Source: an uncultured Nitrospinaceae bacterium (GTDB lineage Bacteria; UBA8248). Taken from it: a DNA stretch of 64,000 bases. A model generated the notes under the pieces. It saw nothing but the letters and a program-made list of their open reading frames with translations. It was not told the origin of the DNA and searched no databases. The stretch lies in assembly GCA_964005815.1 (NCBI GenBank), contig CAXFSR010000017.1, positions 1 to 64,000 on the forward strand. Direction: 5' to 3'. This document shows, piece by piece, positions 33,004 through 45,679 of this stretch. Every line of letters begins with the position of its first letter. Positions within the stretch are counted from its first letter, which is position 1. The position numbers were made by a program, and so were the translations under genes.

Positions 33004-34254
33004 TTACATATTTTTTATGATTGCCTTACCAAAATCAGAGCAAGACACTTTTTTAGCACCTTTCATTTGTCTATGAAGATCGTAAGTTACTGTTTTTTTC
33101 CCTATAGCTTTAGTTGTTCCAGAAACGATTAAATCAGCAGCTTTTTGCCAACCCATATATCCTAACATCATTACAGCAGACAGAATCAAACTAGAAGGAT
33201 TAACCATATCTTTACCAGCGTATTTTGGTGCTGTTCCATGAGTTGGTTCAAAAAAGTGAATTTTATCTCCTATGTTAGCCCCGGGAGCCATTCCAAGTCC
33301 ACCAACCTGAGCTGCCACAGCATCTGACAAATAGTCACCATTAAGATTCGTACAACAAAGAACCTCATACTCTCTAGGTCTAGTTAGTACTTGCTGGAAG
33401 ATATTATCCGCAATCCTATCATTGACAAGAATTTTCCCTTTTGGAAGTTTCCCGTTATATTTTTTACTCCACAACTCTTCTTCCGTGACAATGTACTTTC
33501 TATATTTCTTTTTTAAAAAGGCATAACCCCAATCCTTAAAAGAACCTTCTGTATATTTTTGCACATTACCTTTGTGTACTAAGCAGAAATATTTTTTCTT
33601 ATTAAGGATTGCATACTCTATAGCCTTTTTCACAATCCTCTCACTTCCAAAAACAGAAATAGGTTTCACTCCTATTCCACTATCTTTACGAACAGAACAT
33701 CCCATCTCTTTATTTAAGAAATTAATAACTTTTTTTGCACCCCTAGAATTAAGTTCCCACTCAAGACCAGCATATACATCTTCTGTATTTTCTCTAAAAA
33801 TACACATATTCACATGGCTTGGGTTAACTACGGGAGAAGGGACACCAGGATACCATAGAACAGGTCTCACACATGCGTATAAGTCATTCAGTTGACGAAA
33901 AGCTACATTCAAACTTCTAAAACCACCACCGATAGGGGTATAGAGTGGACCTTTAATTGCAAAATAGTAATGTCGGATTGCCTGCATAGTTTCTTCGGGC
34001 ATCAATTCTCCATACAATTCTTCTGCATCTTCTCCTGCGTAAACTCTGAACCATTCAATACGTTTTTTGCCTCTGAAAGCTTTCTCAACGGCAGCATCAA
34101 CAACATCCTTCATAACTGGGGTTATATCAACTCCTATTCCATCGCCACGAACATAACAAACAATCGGATCATCAGGCATCTGTAATTTATTACCTTTATA
34201 AGTTATGCGCGTTCCTTCTTTTGGTGCAGTAAGCTTGTCAAATTTTATAGCCAT
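33004..34254 (-). CDS. icd: Isocitrate dehydrogenase
   Basis: GDGIG, GGGFRSLN, NLNGDYLSD and HGTAPKYAG. Confidence 0.97.
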   Translation of the reverse strand: MAIKFDKLTAPKEGTRITYKGNKLQMPDDPIVCYVRGDGIGVDITPVMKDVVDAAVEKAFRGKKRIEWFRVYAGEDAEELYGELMPEETMQAIRHYYFAIKGPLYTPIGGGFRSLNVAFRQLNDLYACVRPVLWYPGVPSPVVNPSHVNMCIFRENTEDVYAGLEWELNSRGAKKVINFLNKEMGCSVRKDSGIGVKPISVFGSERIVKKAIEYAILNKKKYFCLVHKGNVQKYTEGSFKDWGYAFLKKKYRKYIVTEEELWSKKYNGKLPKGKILVNDRIADNIFQQVLTRPREYEVLCCTNLNGDYLSDAVAAQVGGLGMAPGANIGDKIHFFEPTHGTAPKYAGKDMVNPSSLILSAVMMLGYMGWQKAADLIVSGTTKAIGKKTVTYDLHRQMKGAKKVSCSDFGKAIIKNM

Positions 34255-34435
34255 TTATAACTCCTCTTCACATTATCCATACAGACTGGAAACTAATATT
34301 TAAAAAATTATTTACATCGAAAATAATAATCAAAACTGATACTAAAAAGCAGGGACACAAAAATCAACAGATTAAACCAAAATTGACATAAAAATGTACT
34401 TGATTTTATAGAAGTAAAACTGCAATCTGCAACTC

Positions 34436-35242
34436 ATGTATAAAAAAACAACCAAAAAACTTGGCCAGCATTTTCTAAATGACGAAAATCTTCTACAAGA
34501 AATATGTTCATTCGGTGAGATTAAGAAAGATGACCGAATTCTCGAAATTGGAGCTGGACAGGGAGCACTTACAAAAAAACTCGTGGAATCCGCCGCAAAA
34601 GTTACAGCGGTTGAAATAGACAATAAATTAATTCCAAATCTCAGAAAATTAGAAAGAAAATACCTTAACTTGGAAATTATTCATGGAGATGCGACAAAAT
34701 TAAATTTTCAGGAATTTTTTACACCAACTAAAGTGATATCAAATTTGCCATATCAGATTGGCACAAAAATTATATCTGAAATATGTAATTACCCTAAGAT
34801 CTTCACACTAATAGTAGTAATGCTACAACTTGAAGTAGCAAATCGAATAATTGCAAATCCAGGAGGCAAAGAATATGGAAGTCTTACACTTTGGACACAA
34901 CATCGATTCGAAAACAAACTACTCAAAATTGTTCCTCCAGAGATGTTTTCACCCCCTCCAAAAGTAGAATCTGCTATTATTAGACTAACACCCAGAAAAT
35001 CTCCTATAGTGAATCTATATGGAGATGAAGAAGACTACTTCAAACTTATCAAGACATCCTTTATACACAGAAGAAAAACACTGCTGAATAATTTAAAAAA
35101 TTCTAATTTATCATTCCTGAATAATATGAACATAGAAGGATTATTAAAGAATGTCGGTATCTCAAAAAACTTAAGAGCAGAGGCGTTGGACGCAAAAAAT
35201 TTCGCTCTTCTTCTTAAAGAAATCAAAAAAAATGAAATCTAG
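34436..35242 (+). CDS. rsmA: 16S rRNA adenine dimethyltransferase
   Basis: LGQHFL, LEIGAGQG, SNLPY and FSPPPKVES. Confidence 0.96.
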   Translation: MYKKTTKKLGQHFLNDENLLQEICSFGEIKKDDRILEIGAGQGALTKKLVESAAKVTAVEIDNKLIPNLRKLERKYLNLEIIHGDATKLNFQEFFTPTKVISNLPYQIGTKIISEICNYPKIFTLIVVMLQLEVANRIIANPGGKEYGSLTLWTQHRFENKLLKIVPPEMFSPPPKVESAIIRLTPRKSPIVNLYGDEEDYFKLIKTSFIHRRKTLLNNLKNSNLSFLNNMNIEGLLKNVGISKNLRAEALDAKNFALLLKEIKKNEI

Positions 35243-36170
35243 ACATGCAATCTATTTACATAGAGTTGGTGCAATTGGCGATACACTTTTAACTAGCAAT
35301 CTTCTTCTAATGCTAAAAAATTGTTACAAGAAATCAAAAATAAGTATGGGTGCATCACCTAATTACGCATTGCCACTCCTTGATTCAGGATTAATATCAG
35401 AAATAATAGACGCTACTAGTGTACCATTTCATCTTTTTGAATCCTCATATTCCTCAGAAGACGAATTGACAATGAAGTTAAAAAAATATGACACAGTGAT
35501 TATTTTTAAAGAAGACAAGAATGACATGATAAAGAGACGTTTGAAAAATATTGGCATCAAAGATTTTGCAATAGAATCACCCTTTCCACCAGAAAAGAGC
35601 AACGTACATGTATCAAAATGGATAGAAAGAGTTTTCATGCAACTCAAACATATCCCTAACAAAAACAACCAACACATCAAATTGTCTATCTCAAAAGACA
35701 CAGAACTCTTGTCTGACAATGAAATAAAAAAATTAAATTTAGAATCATCTTTTCTTGCCTTACATCCTGGCAGTAGTTCTCAAAAGAAATGTGTCCCAAT
35801 AGAGAAAATGATAAAAATCGCGAAAGAGATTACCTATTCATATGATTTACGACTCGCTCTAATAGAGGGAATTGCAGACGAAAAAATCTGTAATGAATTC
35901 AGAAGAAATTGGGGACCGGATATAATTAATATCAAAGTAAATTCTCTTGAAATCCTTGCAGGAATTCTTGTTAAAGCTAAAGGATTTGTTGGGTGCGATT
36001 CTGGAATAAGTCATCTCTCTTCACTTTACGGTGTCCCAACACTTGTCTTATTTGGTCACTATTCAAACCCAAAACATTGGGGTCCAATAGGTTTAAATAG
36101 TAATTGGGCTTACTGGAACAATATCAATGATTGTAGGAAGATTTTTGATCAATTAGTTGAAAAAAACTAA
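35232..36170 (+). CDS. Glycosyltransferase family 9 (heptosyltransferase-like)
   Basis: GAIGD, HPGSS..K, GCDSGISHL and HWGP. Confidence 0.85.
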   Translation: MKSRHAIYLHRVGAIGDTLLTSNLLLMLKNCYKKSKISMGASPNYALPLLDSGLISEIIDATSVPFHLFESSYSSEDELTMKLKKYDTVIIFKEDKNDMIKRRLKNIGIKDFAIESPFPPEKSNVHVSKWIERVFMQLKHIPNKNNQHIKLSISKDTELLSDNEIKKLNLESSFLALHPGSSSQKKCVPIEKMIKIAKEITYSYDLRLALIEGIADEKICNEFRRNWGPDIINIKVNSLEILAGILVKAKGFVGCDSGISHLSSLYGVPTLVLFGHYSNPKHWGPIGLNSNWAYWNNINDCRKIFDQLVEKN

Positions 36171-36871
36171 TTAAGAACTTTTCCAATACGATTCCATCTA
36201 GGAGACCCTGCTTTCCCATCCCATGACCAATAAACTAGGAAAGCTACTCCCCTAATTTTATAATCCCAACATGGAGCATTCCATATAGAACATGGGAATG
36301 GGACACTAAATTTCAAAGTCCCCAACCTAACTGGCATATAATTTGTGAATTCACCAATCTTAAGAAGTCCCCAGTACCTTCCATCTTGGCTATTATTTCT
36401 ATTATCTCCTAGCACGAAAAGGTGATCATCTGGAATTGTAACTGGCCCCCAAGATTTCCCATGAGATTCCGGATAACCATGTGGCTTAAAAACTACATAA
36501 GGCTCTTCAAGAGGCGAACAATCTGTTTTATAAGACAAACTGTTACAGTTCACGTACACCTTCCCATCACGAATCATAATTTTTTCCCCAGGCATACCAA
36601 CAACTCTTTTTATAAAATCTCTTTTTTCATCCAAGGGAAATCGAAAAACTAGCATATCTCCCCTTTCAGGGCTCCGAAACCAGTAAGATATTTTACTAAC
36701 TAAAATATGATCACCAATCAACAAAGAATTTTCCATAGAACCAGATGGAATCTTAAATGCCTGTACGATAAAAGCTCTCACAAAAAAAGCAAGCAAAAGA
36801 GCAACAACTATTGCTTCTGTATATTCTCTAAACGTAGACTTCTTTTTGTTTTTTTTTCTCTTCTTGAACAC
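36167..36871 (-). CDS. lepB: Signal peptidase I
   Basis: IPSGSM, FIKRVVG and GDNRNNS; follows lepA. Confidence 0.96.
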   Translation of the reverse strand: MFKKRKKNKKKSTFREYTEAIVVALLLAFFVRAFIVQAFKIPSGSMENSLLIGDHILVSKISYWFRSPERGDMLVFRFPLDEKRDFIKRVVGMPGEKIMIRDGKVYVNCNSLSYKTDCSPLEEPYVVFKPHGYPESHGKSWGPVTIPDDHLFVLGDNRNNSQDGRYWGLLKIGEFTNYMPVRLGTLKFSVPFPCSIWNAPCWDYKIRGVAFLVYWSWDGKAGSPRWNRIGKVLN

Positions 36872-36876
36872 TGAAT

Positions 36877-38679
36877 CTATTCCTTGTCCAAATTCAAAAC
36901 TGCCATAAAAGCTTCTTGCGGCACTTCAACGGTTCCAATATTCCTCATTCTTTTCTTTCCTTCCTTTTGCTTTTCTAATAATTTTCTCTTTCTTGTTATA
37001 TCTCCGCCATAACACTTTGCAATAACATCCTTACGTAATGCCCTTATGGTCTCTCTTGCAATAATTCTACTTCCAAGAGAAGCCTGAATTACAATCTCAA
37101 ACATTTGTTTTGGAATGAGAGCCTTCATTTTTGCAACTATAGCACGACCATAATAATAAGCTTTTTCTTTATGTATGATAGTAGAAAATGGATCAATCAA
37201 TTGTCCATTTAGCAAAATGTCTAACCTAGACACATCAGACTCTTTATAACTTAGATGCTCATAATCAAAACTTGCAAACCCCTTAGTCAAGGATTTTAAT
37301 TTGTCAAAAAAATCATAAAGAATTTCACTGAAAGGAAGTTCATAAATAATCTGAACAGTTGCAGTATCAATATACTGTAGCGACCTCTGCAAACCTCTTT
37401 TTTCTTGTGCAAGTTTCAAGGTTGCTCCCACAAACTCAGAAGGAACAATTATTGTTCCTAAAATAAACGGCTCTTCAATTCGATCTATACCTGCCATATT
37501 AATAAGTCTAGAAGGACTATCTATATGTTCTATACTGCCATCAGTCCTGACGACTCTATATATAACATTTGGAGCAGTAATTATGAGTGTAAGATCGTAT
37601 TCTCTTTCGAGTCTCTCTCTTATTACATCCATATGCAACAAACCAAGAAAACCACATCTAAAACCAAAACCCAATGCAACTGATGATTCAGGCTCATATG
37701 AAAATGCGGAATCATTTAGTCTTAGTTTTTCAAGAGCAGTTCTCAATTCCTCATAATCTCCATTATCAGCAGGGTACAATCCACTAAAAACCATGGATTT
37801 AGGTTCTTCAAAACCAGGAATTGGACTTGAACAGGGCGACTTAGAAAGAGTTATCGTATCTCCTACTCTAGCATGACTTATTTCTCTTATAGCAGCAGTG
37901 AGTGTTCCAACTTCTCCAGGTCCGAGTTCATTTACGATTCTTGGTTGAGGTGTGTAAACACTAAGAGTCTCTACTTTATATTTATTCTTATTAGAGAAAA
38001 ACTCTATTTCATCGCCTTTTCTAACAACGCCGTTAAACACTCTGAAAAGTGGAATAGCACCTTGATAAGAATCAAACCAGGAATCAATAATCAATGATTC
38101 AAAAGGGACATCATGTTTTACATCGGGTGCTGGAATTCTCTCAACAATATTTTCTAAAAGTTCAGGAACCCCTGTTCCATTTTTCGCACTAACCAGAAGA
38201 CATTCAGAAGAATCAATACCAATCGTATCTTCAATTTGATTTATTACACGTTCGGGATCAGAAGCAGGCAAATCTATTTTATTTATTACTGGTATAATTG
38301 TTAAATCTTGCTCTAATGCTAGATAAGCATTTGCTATTGTTTGAGCTTGTACACCTTGAGTTGCATCTACTAAAAGCAACGCACCTTCGCAAGCTTGCAA
38401 ACTTCTTGAGACCTCATAAGAAAAATCAACATGACCAGGAGTATCAATTAAATTGAACAAAAAATCCTGTCCATTTAAAGATTTATATGTCAATCTAACT
38501 GTAGCTGCCTTGATAGTTATTCCACGTTCACGCTCCAAGTCCATAGAGTCCAAAACCTGTGATGACATTTCTCTTTCTGTCAAAGCACCTGTAACTTCAA
38601 GAATGCGATCCGCCAAGGTAGATTTACCATGATCAATGTGAGCAATTATCGAAAAATTTCGTACATTTTCAAACGACAA
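36877..38679 (-). CDS. lepA: Elongation factor 4
   Basis: [24 protein letters not shown] and [10 protein letters not shown]. Confidence 0.99.
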   Translation of the reverse strand: MSFENVRNFSIIAHIDHGKSTLADRILEVTGALTEREMSSQVLDSMDLERERGITIKAATVRLTYKSLNGQDFLFNLIDTPGHVDFSYEVSRSLQACEGALLLVDATQGVQAQTIANAYLALEQDLTIIPVINKIDLPASDPERVINQIEDTIGIDSSECLLVSAKNGTGVPELLENIVERIPAPDVKHDVPFESLIIDSWFDSYQGAIPLFRVFNGVVRKGDEIEFFSNKNKYKVETLSVYTPQPRIVNELGPGEVGTLTAAIREISHARVGDTITLSKSPCSSPIPGFEEPKSMVFSGLYPADNGDYEELRTALEKLRLNDSAFSYEPESSVALGFGFRCGFLGLLHMDVIRERLEREYDLTLIITAPNVIYRVVRTDGSIEHIDSPSRLINMAGIDRIEEPFILGTIIVPSEFVGATLKLAQEKRGLQRSLQYIDTATVQIIYELPFSEILYDFFDKLKSLTKGFASFDYEHLSYKESDVSRLDILLNGQLIDPFSTIIHKEKAYYYGRAIVAKMKALIPKQMFEIVIQASLGSRIIARETIRALRKDVIAKCYGGDITRKRKLLEKQKEGKKRMRNIGTVEVPQEAFMAVLNLDKE

Positions 38680-38765
38680 AAAAATCTCCTAAATTTTAAA
38701 AAAACTTGCACATAATTTGCTCAAAAAAAGCGGAAAATTTTTCCATTTTTTTCAAACCCAACAAA

Positions 38766-39923
38766 TCAAGAAAAAACTGATTCATCTGGGAAAAGACTTC
38801 TAAACTTTTGAAGTGCATACCTATCTGTCATGCCAGAAAGGTAGTCACATATCAAACGAAATTTTCCATCAGTCTTTTCTTTTTGCAAATAACGTTCAGG
38901 AAGTTCTTTGGGCTTAGAAACATAATAGTTAAATAAGTTTGTAAGAACTTTTTCTACGCTATCCTCTAATTCAGCTATTTTTATATTTTTGTACATTCTT
39001 TCCATTAAAAACTTCTTTAATTCCTGATTTTTTAATTTCATTGAATCACTAAATGAACAAATATTATGTCCCCTATTTCTTACATCTGAAATAGTTTCTA
39101 TTTTTTGCAACGCAATACGATTTTTTGTAGATTCCACAAGATCCATTACCTGACCGTTAATCATCCTTCGTATTGTTTCATATTTCAAAATCCTCTCATT
39201 TGCTTTTGGAAACCTATCCTTAGTAACAGATAAATATTCAGTCCAGATTTCTAATTCATCTAGTTCTAGAAAACTGAACAAAGAAGAAGATAGCCCATCA
39301 TCCAAATCGTGATTGTTATATGCAATTTCATCAGCCATATCAACTAATTGAGCTTCGATGGTAGGTGATATTTTGTTAGTAAAACCTTTAGGCATCTCAC
39401 CATTATATTTTTCCAGATACTTAATTATCCCTTCTCTAGTTTCCCAAGTAAGATTTAATCCTAAAAAATTTGGATATCTCTCTTCTATTGATTCAACAAT
39501 ACGTAGTGATTGCAAATTATGTTCAAATCCACCGTGATTAGACATCAAACTATTTAAAACTGCTTCTCCTGCATGTCCAAATGGAGGATGACCAAGATCA
39601 TGAGCAAGAGCAATAGCTTCAGATAATTCTTCATTTAATCTTAGAACTCTAGCAATCGAACGAGCAATCTGACTTACTTCAATGGTATGTGTAAGACGAG
39701 TTCTATAATGGTCTCCTGCATGATTCACAAAAACTTGAGTCTTATACTCTAATCTTCTAAACGCAGTAGTATGAATAATTCTATCTCGATCTCTTTGAAA
39801 AGCAGACCTCATAGGGTGTTCTTCTTCTAGATATGACCGACCTAGACTCCGAGAACTAAATGAAGCATAGGGAACTAGCAATTCAGATTCTCTTGTCTTT
39901 AAATTGAAAGGGGCTGGCAACAT
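38766..39923 (-). CDS. dgt: dGTP triphosphohydrolase-like HD protein
   Basis: FRRLEYKTQV, RTRLTH and HDLGHPPFGH. Confidence 0.93.
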   Translation of the reverse strand: MLPAPFNLKTRESELLVPYASFSSRSLGRSYLEEEHPMRSAFQRDRDRIIHTTAFRRLEYKTQVFVNHAGDHYRTRLTHTIEVSQIARSIARVLRLNEELSEAIALAHDLGHPPFGHAGEAVLNSLMSNHGGFEHNLQSLRIVESIEERYPNFLGLNLTWETREGIIKYLEKYNGEMPKGFTNKISPTIEAQLVDMADEIAYNNHDLDDGLSSSLFSFLELDELEIWTEYLSVTKDRFPKANERILKYETIRRMINGQVMDLVESTKNRIALQKIETISDVRNRGHNICSFSDSMKLKNQELKKFLMERMYKNIKIAELEDSVEKVLTNLFNYYVSKPKELPERYLQKEKTDGKFRLICDYLSGMTDRYALQKFRSLFPDESVFS

Positions 39924-39989
39924 CGGAGTTTCCTGATGAAACTAAATTAAAAATAACTCATGAAGGAAAAATAAAACAATTAATTAGGA

Positions 39990-40223
39990 CTAGCAGCAAG
40001 CACAACCTCCACCGCATGAATGGCCTGAACTATACGAAGGAAAATTTGAGCTTTCAGTAGACATAGAATTCGATGCCATACTAGAAAAAACAGACAATTT
40101 TCTCTTTACCTTTTTACTAGAATCACATACAGGACATTGTATAAGACCTTCCAGATCAGAATTCTTTAATATCTTCTCAAAATCCGTATCACATCCAGAA
40201 CAAAAGAACTCATATATTGGCAT
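39990..40223 (-). CDS. FmdB-family zinc-ribbon protein with Cys-rich tail
   Basis: MPIYEFxCxxC...CPxC...SCGGGCACC. Confidence 0.88.
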   Translation of the reverse strand: MPIYEFFCSGCDTDFEKILKNSDLEGLIQCPVCDSSKKVKRKLSVFSSMASNSMSTESSNFPSYSSGHSCGGGCACC

Positions 40224-40253
40224 TAGTAACTCCTAAACAATTTAAAATGTAAT

Positions 40254-40898
40254 TTATTTTTGTGCTGCATTCCAATCAGAAAGAAATTTTTCCAGTCCGA
40301 TATCAGTTAACGGATGTTTCAAGAGTTGCTTGATCAAACTAAATGGAATTGTCACTACATCTGCAGACATTTGAGCAGCTCTTATAAAATGCATAGGATG
40401 TCTAACACTAGCTACTAATACTTGTGTAGGAAGATCATATGCATGAAAAATTTCAACTATAGATTCAGTCATTTCAAGACCAGATTGAGAAATGTCATCA
40501 AGTCTCCCAACAAAAGGACTAACAAAAGAAGCTCCAGCTTTTGCAGCAAGTAGCGCTTGAGATGCATTAAAAATTAGAGTGACATTAGTATCAATGTCTT
40601 TATCCCTCAACTTTTTAACTGCTTTTATTCCATCATATCCAATAGGGATTTTCACAACTACATTTTTATGTAAAGATTTTAGTTCACAACCCTCATCAAC
40701 CATCTCTTCCCATTTAGTAGAAACTACTTCCGCACTTACAGGTCCATCTATGATTTCACATATCTCTTTTATACGAGTCTTAATATCAACCTTTTCCTTG
40801 GCTATTAAAGAGGGATTGGTTGTAACCCCATCTATAACACCAGATGATGCTGCTTCTTGTATCTCTTCTAAATTAGCGGTATCAACAAAAATTTTCAT
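40254..40898 (-). CDS. tal: Transaldolase (short TalC/Fsa type)
   Basis: [14 protein letters not shown] and SPFVGRLDD. Confidence 0.93.
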   Translation of the reverse strand: MKIFVDTANLEEIQEAASSGVIDGVTTNPSLIAKEKVDIKTRIKEICEIIDGPVSAEVVSTKWEEMVDEGCELKSLHKNVVVKIPIGYDGIKAVKKLRDKDIDTNVTLIFNASQALLAAKAGASFVSPFVGRLDDISQSGLEMTESIVEIFHAYDLPTQVLVASVRHPMHFIRAAQMSADVVTIPFSLIKQLLKHPLTDIGLEKFLSDWNAAQK

Positions 40899-40995
40899 GT
40901 TTAAACCAATCTGAAAGTAATAAAATTTAAAGGACTATTTCATGCTCAATCAATGCAAGAAAAATGTCAACTTGTCCTAGTAATTCACAAAGAAT

Positions 40996-41244
40996 CTACC
41001 TAACACCAGCATCAAAAGATTCCATACACTCTTTTGAACAAAATTTTTTTTCTTTAGAAAAAAAATTAAATGTAAATGCAGTTTTTGAAGGAAAATAAGT
41101 TTGGCAATTTGCACAAGAAATCATTTCATCTTCAAGCAAATTTTCTCGAGATCCATCGTAACTTTTTTTCTTACTTTTAAAAAAAGATGAAAACAAAGAA
41201 AAAATCACCCAAAACAAAAGTGTATATAAGATAAAGCGCAACAT
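40996..41244 (-). CDS. Small membrane-anchored protein with a TRASH/YHS-like Cys motif
   Basis: N-terminal TM helix, CANC...FCSKEC. Confidence 0.7.
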   Translation of the reverse strand: MLRFILYTLLFWVIFSLFSSFFKSKKKSYDGSRENLLEDEMISCANCQTYFPSKTAFTFNFFSKEKKFCSKECMESFDAGVR

Positions 41245-41287
41245 AAGGAAAACCTTTTTCGTTTCTTCTATTATCTAAATTTCTAGA

Positions 41288-44200
41288 CTAATGAAAATTC
41301 CCTGAATGGTAAAGCTGTATTGGACATACAGTAATTTCATTTTTCTCTAAATCTCTCAGAGATCCAACCGCTGCTCTTGCCGCAGACAATGTTGTGCAGT
41401 AAAAAATATTCCTCAAAAGTGATGTCCTCCTGATTGACCTACTATCTTTAATTGACTGTCCGTCAGATGTAGTATTCAAAACAAAATGGATTTGATCCTC
41501 TTCCATAAGATCAACTACATGGGGTCTTTTTCCATCTTTCACTTTAAATACAAGCTCAGCATCCATTCCATTATTTAGAAGTGACTTATGAGAACCTTCT
41601 GTGGCTACTAATTTAAAACCTAACTCAAGTAGCGATTGTGCTACAGGAACCATTGCCGCCTTATCTTCATCTCTGACAGAAATAAAAGCTTTTCCTTTTC
41701 TAGGTATTTTAGAACCTGCCCCTTCTTGAGCTTTTAGAAATGCAGGACCAAATTTAGAAGCTATTCCCATAACTTCTCCAGTTGACTTCATTTCAGGCCC
41801 TAAAATGACATCTACACCAGGAAATTTCTTGAAGGGGAACACAGCTTCTTTTACTCCAAAATACTTAGGCACTGGATCAACATCAAATCCAAGTTCTTTC
41901 AAACTTTTTCCCGCAATAACTTTTGTAGCAATTTTTGCAAAAGGTGTTCCTACTACTTTACTAACGAATGGAACTGTCCTGCTTGCTCTAGGATTTACTT
42001 CTATAACAAAAACTTGTCTTTTATGGACAGCAAATTGAACATTATTAAAACCAACGACACCCAAAGATTTAGAAAGAATTCGAGTCTGTCTTTTCAACTC
42101 CTCTATTATCTCTGGACCAAGGGAATAAGGAGGTAGGGAACATGCGGAATCTCCGCTATGAATACCCGCTTCCTCTATGTGTTCCATTACACCCGCTATT
42201 AAGACATCATTTCCATCTGAAATAGAGTCCACATCTACTTCTATAGAGTCTTCAAGAAAACGGTCTATTAAAACTGGACGATCGGAAGAAGCTTTTACTG
42301 CCTCATTCATATACTTCGACAGTTCTTGGCTATTATGAACCAAAACCATCGCTCTTCCACCAAGAACATAACTAGGTCTTACAAGAACAGGATATCCAAC
42401 AGAATCTGCAATATCCCTTGCACTCTCAAAATTAGTTGCAGTCCCAGATGGGGGTTGAGTGAGATGCAAGTCTTTTAAAAGTTTACTGAATCTTTCACGA
42501 TCCTCCGTAAGATCAATACTATCTGGTATCGTCCCTATTATAGGAACCTTGGACTCTACTAAACTATTTGATAATTTTAACGGAGTCTGTCCTCCAAATT
42601 GAACGATTACTCCTTTTGGATTCTCTCTGTGCACTATTTCAAGAACATCTTCTAAAGTTAATGGTTCAAAATATAACCGATCGCTTATATCATAATCGGT
42701 ACTAACTGTTTCAGGATTACAATTTACCATCACAGAATCAAATCCTGCTTCAGAAACAGCTTGTACTCCGTGGACACAACAATAATCAAACTCAATACCT
42801 TGACCAATCCTATTAGGCCCACCACCAAGAATAATTATTGACTTACTTTCTTCTATATCTCCTAGTTCATCTTCATAGTCATAAGTAGAATATAGATATG
42901 GTGTATAAGCCTCAAATTCAGCCGCACAGGTATCAACCTTTTTAAAAACAGGTCTAAGCCCCAATTTATATCTTGAACTTCTTACTATTGATTCTTCCAC
43001 TCCACGTATATCCGCAATCTCACGATCACAAAAACCGTTCTCTTTTAGCAATTTAAGAGAGTCATAATCGTTTAAAAGATCAGGGATTTTACAATTTTGT
43101 TCTAACTCAACGAGATAAGAGATATGGTTTAAGAACCAAGGATCAACTGTAGATTTTTTCCATATATCTTCAAAGTCAAAACCAAGTCGAAAAGCTCTAG
43201 CAATTGACCATAAACGATCCGGATTTGGAGTTGAAATAGATTCAAATATTTTATTTTCTAATTTGTTTCCATTTAAATTATTAAATTCTTCCTCATAAGG
43301 ATCCGATAATCCATACCTATCTATTTCAAGAGATCTAATAGCTTTCATCAAGGCTTCTCTGAATGTTCTTCCTATAGACATGGCCTCACCGACTGAACGC
43401 ATTTGAGTATCAAGAATCGGCTCAACCTCAGGAAATTTTTCGAAATTAAATCTAGGAAACTTAACAACACAGTAATCTATAGATGGTTCAAACGAAGCAG
43501 GTGTCTCTTTTGTAATATCATTCGGTATTTCATCTAAAGTTAGACCTACAGCAAGTTTTGCTGCAATTTTTGCTATAGGAAAACCTGTAGCTTTACTCGC
43601 CAATGCCGAAGATCTTGATACTCTTGGATTCATTTCAATAATAACCATTCTCCCGTCAAAAGGAGAAACCCCAAATTGAATATTAGAGCCTCCACATTCG
43701 ACTCCTACTTTTCTTATACAGTCAATAGCTGCATTTCTCATTATTTGATATTCACGATCTGAAAGAGTTTGAGCTGGAGCAACCGTAATAGAGTCTCCTG
43801 TATGCACCCCCATAGGATCAAGATTTTCAATTGAACAAATTATCGAAACATTGTCTTCTAGATCCCTCATTACTTCTAATTCAAACTCTTTCCAACCTAA
43901 AATACTTTCTTCAATTAAGACCTGTTTGACTGGACTCTCCGACAGGGCCCAAGATAATTTCTCTTTGAAATCATTTAGATCATAAGCCACAGCTCCACCA
44001 CTACCACCTAGAGTAAAAGCAGGACGTAAAATTATTGGAAATCCTATATCTTTTGATAATTCACATCCTTTTTCTAACGATTCGACTACTTCACTTCTTG
44101 GAAGATCTAGGCCAATCTCCTCCATAGCTTCTTTAAACAGCAATCGGTCTTCAGCACACTGAATTGCAGGTAATTGAGCTCCAATCAACTCAACTTTGTA

Positions 44201-44530
44201 CTTTTCAAGAACCCCTGACTCAGCTAGTGAAACAGCTACATTTAAAGCAGTTTGCCCACCCATAGTAGGCAACAACGCATCAGGTAACTCTTTTTGAATT
44301 ATTTTCTCAACAATTTCGGGAGTGATCGGTTCTATATAAGTAAAATCTGCAACCTCTGGATCAGTCATAATTGTTGCAGGATTTGAATTTACCAAAACTA
44401 TCTCGAAACCTTCCTCCTTTAATGATTTACAAGCTTGTGCTCCTGAATAATCAAATTCGCAAGCCTGACCTATGACTATAGGACCAGAACCTATTATCAT
44501 AATTTTCTTTATATCAGTTCTTCTTGGCAT
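41288..44530 (-). CDS. carB: Carbamoyl-phosphate synthase large subunit
   Basis: [10 protein letters not shown], two ATP-grasp halves and an MGS domain. Confidence 0.99.
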   Translation of the reverse strand: MPRRTDIKKIMIIGSGPIVIGQACEFDYSGAQACKSLKEEGFEIVLVNSNPATIMTDPEVADFTYIEPITPEIVEKIIQKELPDALLPTMGGQTALNVAVSLAESGVLEKYKVELIGAQLPAIQCAEDRLLFKEAMEEIGLDLPRSEVVESLEKGCELSKDIGFPIILRPAFTLGGSGGAVAYDLNDFKEKLSWALSESPVKQVLIEESILGWKEFELEVMRDLEDNVSIICSIENLDPMGVHTGDSITVAPAQTLSDREYQIMRNAAIDCIRKVGVECGGSNIQFGVSPFDGRMVIIEMNPRVSRSSALASKATGFPIAKIAAKLAVGLTLDEIPNDITKETPASFEPSIDYCVVKFPRFNFEKFPEVEPILDTQMRSVGEAMSIGRTFREALMKAIRSLEIDRYGLSDPYEEEFNNLNGNKLENKIFESISTPNPDRLWSIARAFRLGFDFEDIWKKSTVDPWFLNHISYLVELEQNCKIPDLLNDYDSLKLLKENGFCDREIADIRGVEESIVRSSRYKLGLRPVFKKVDTCAAEFEAYTPYLYSTYDYEDELGDIEESKSIIILGGGPNRIGQGIEFDYCCVHGVQAVSEAGFDSVMVNCNPETVSTDYDISDRLYFEPLTLEDVLEIVHRENPKGVIVQFGGQTPLKLSNSLVESKVPIIGTIPDSIDLTEDRERFSKLLKDLHLTQPPSGTATNFESARDIADSVGYPVLVRPSYVLGGRAMVLVHNSQELSKYMNEAVKASSDRPVLIDRFLEDSIEVDVDSISDGNDVLIAGVMEHIEEAGIHSGDSACSLPPYSLGPEIIEELKRQTRILSKSLGVVGFNNVQFAVHKRQVFVIEVNPRASRTVPFVSKVVGTPFAKIATKVIAGKSLKELGFDVDPVPKYFGVKEAVFPFKKFPGVDVILGPEMKSTGEVMGIASKFGPAFLKAQEGAGSKIPRKGKAFISVRDEDKAAMVPVAQSLLELGFKLVATEGSHKSLLNNGMDAELVFKVKDGKRPHVVDLMEEDQIHFVLNTTSDGQSIKDSRSIRRTSLLRNIFYCTTLSAARAAVGSLRDLEKNEITVCPIQLYHSGNFH

Positions 44531-44555
44531 TTCAGTTTTTCCAATAAATGTTCAT

Positions 44556-45662
44556 TTAAAGAATGTTTTTACTAGACACACAAAAATCGTAAAAGAAATC
44601 AAATAATTTTCTTGCATCATGAGGACCAGGAGATGCTTCGGGATGATACTGAACACTACATACTCTCAACTCTTGAGCAAGTAGACCCTCACAAGTCATA
44701 TCATTTAAATTTAAATGCGTTACTTCTACACCCTTAGGAAGAGTATCAAGAGCAACAGAAAAAGAATGATTTTGAGAAGTAATATCAATCTGACTACCTG
44801 AGGTTTTTCTTACAGGATGATTTACCCCATGGTGCCCAAATTTCAACTTGTAAGTTTTTCCACCCAAAACCTGCGCTAAAATTTGGTGCCCTAGACAAAT
44901 ACCAACAATTGGAATTTTCCCAAGTATTTTTTTTACATTAGAAATTATATAGTCTAATGCTGATGGATCTCCCGGTCCATTTGACAAAAATACAAGAGCT
45001 GGTTTCTTTTCCAAAACTGATTCTGCAGGTTCAGTACAAGGTACTACCTCAAGATCAAATCTTTCAGACAATTGATTGAAAATTGCACGTTTTCCACCTA
45101 AATCATATGCTATGCATAGAGGTCTATTCTTTTTTTCACCGAAGAAAAATGAATTCTCGCAAGAAACTCCTTTGACCAAATCCCTACCTTCTAATCCTAG
45201 TGATTCTTTTGCACGATCTACAAGAATATCCTTATTTTTTTCAGTACTTGATAAAACAGCTTTCAAAGAACCGTTTTCTCTAATATGTCTAGTTAAAAAA
45301 CGCGTATCTATCCCTTCTATGCCAGCGATTTTATATTCCTTTAAGTATGTATCTAGGTCTTTTTCAGAATTATACTTATAAAACTTCCTGCAGAGTTCTT
45401 TAACTATAAAAGCTTCAACCCATATATTGCTTGACTCTTCATCTCCTTGTACAACACCATAATTTCCAATATGAGGATAAGTCATCACCACCATCTGTCC
45501 TCTGTATGACGGATCTGTTAAAACTTCTTGATATCCTGTCATGGCAGTATTAAAAACAAGTTCCCCTTCTGCATCAACGTCATATCCAAAGGATCTTCCT
45601 TGAAGGACAAGACCATCCTCTAAGGCTAGAATAGCAGTTTTATCTTGCTTATTAGTTCCCAT
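44556..45662 (-). CDS. carA: Carbamoyl-phosphate synthase small subunit
   Basis: FNTAMTGYQE, SNGPGDP, GICLGHQ and QYHPE. Confidence 0.98.
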   Translation of the reverse strand: MGTNKQDKTAILALEDGLVLQGRSFGYDVDAEGELVFNTAMTGYQEVLTDPSYRGQMVVMTYPHIGNYGVVQGDEESSNIWVEAFIVKELCRKFYKYNSEKDLDTYLKEYKIAGIEGIDTRFLTRHIRENGSLKAVLSSTEKNKDILVDRAKESLGLEGRDLVKGVSCENSFFFGEKKNRPLCIAYDLGGKRAIFNQLSERFDLEVVPCTEPAESVLEKKPALVFLSNGPGDPSALDYIISNVKKILGKIPIVGICLGHQILAQVLGGKTYKLKFGHHGVNHPVRKTSGSQIDITSQNHSFSVALDTLPKGVEVTHLNLNDMTCEGLLAQELRVCSVQYHPEASPGPHDARKLFDFFYDFCVSSKNIL

Positions 45663-45679
45663 AAATTAAAACTCCTAAT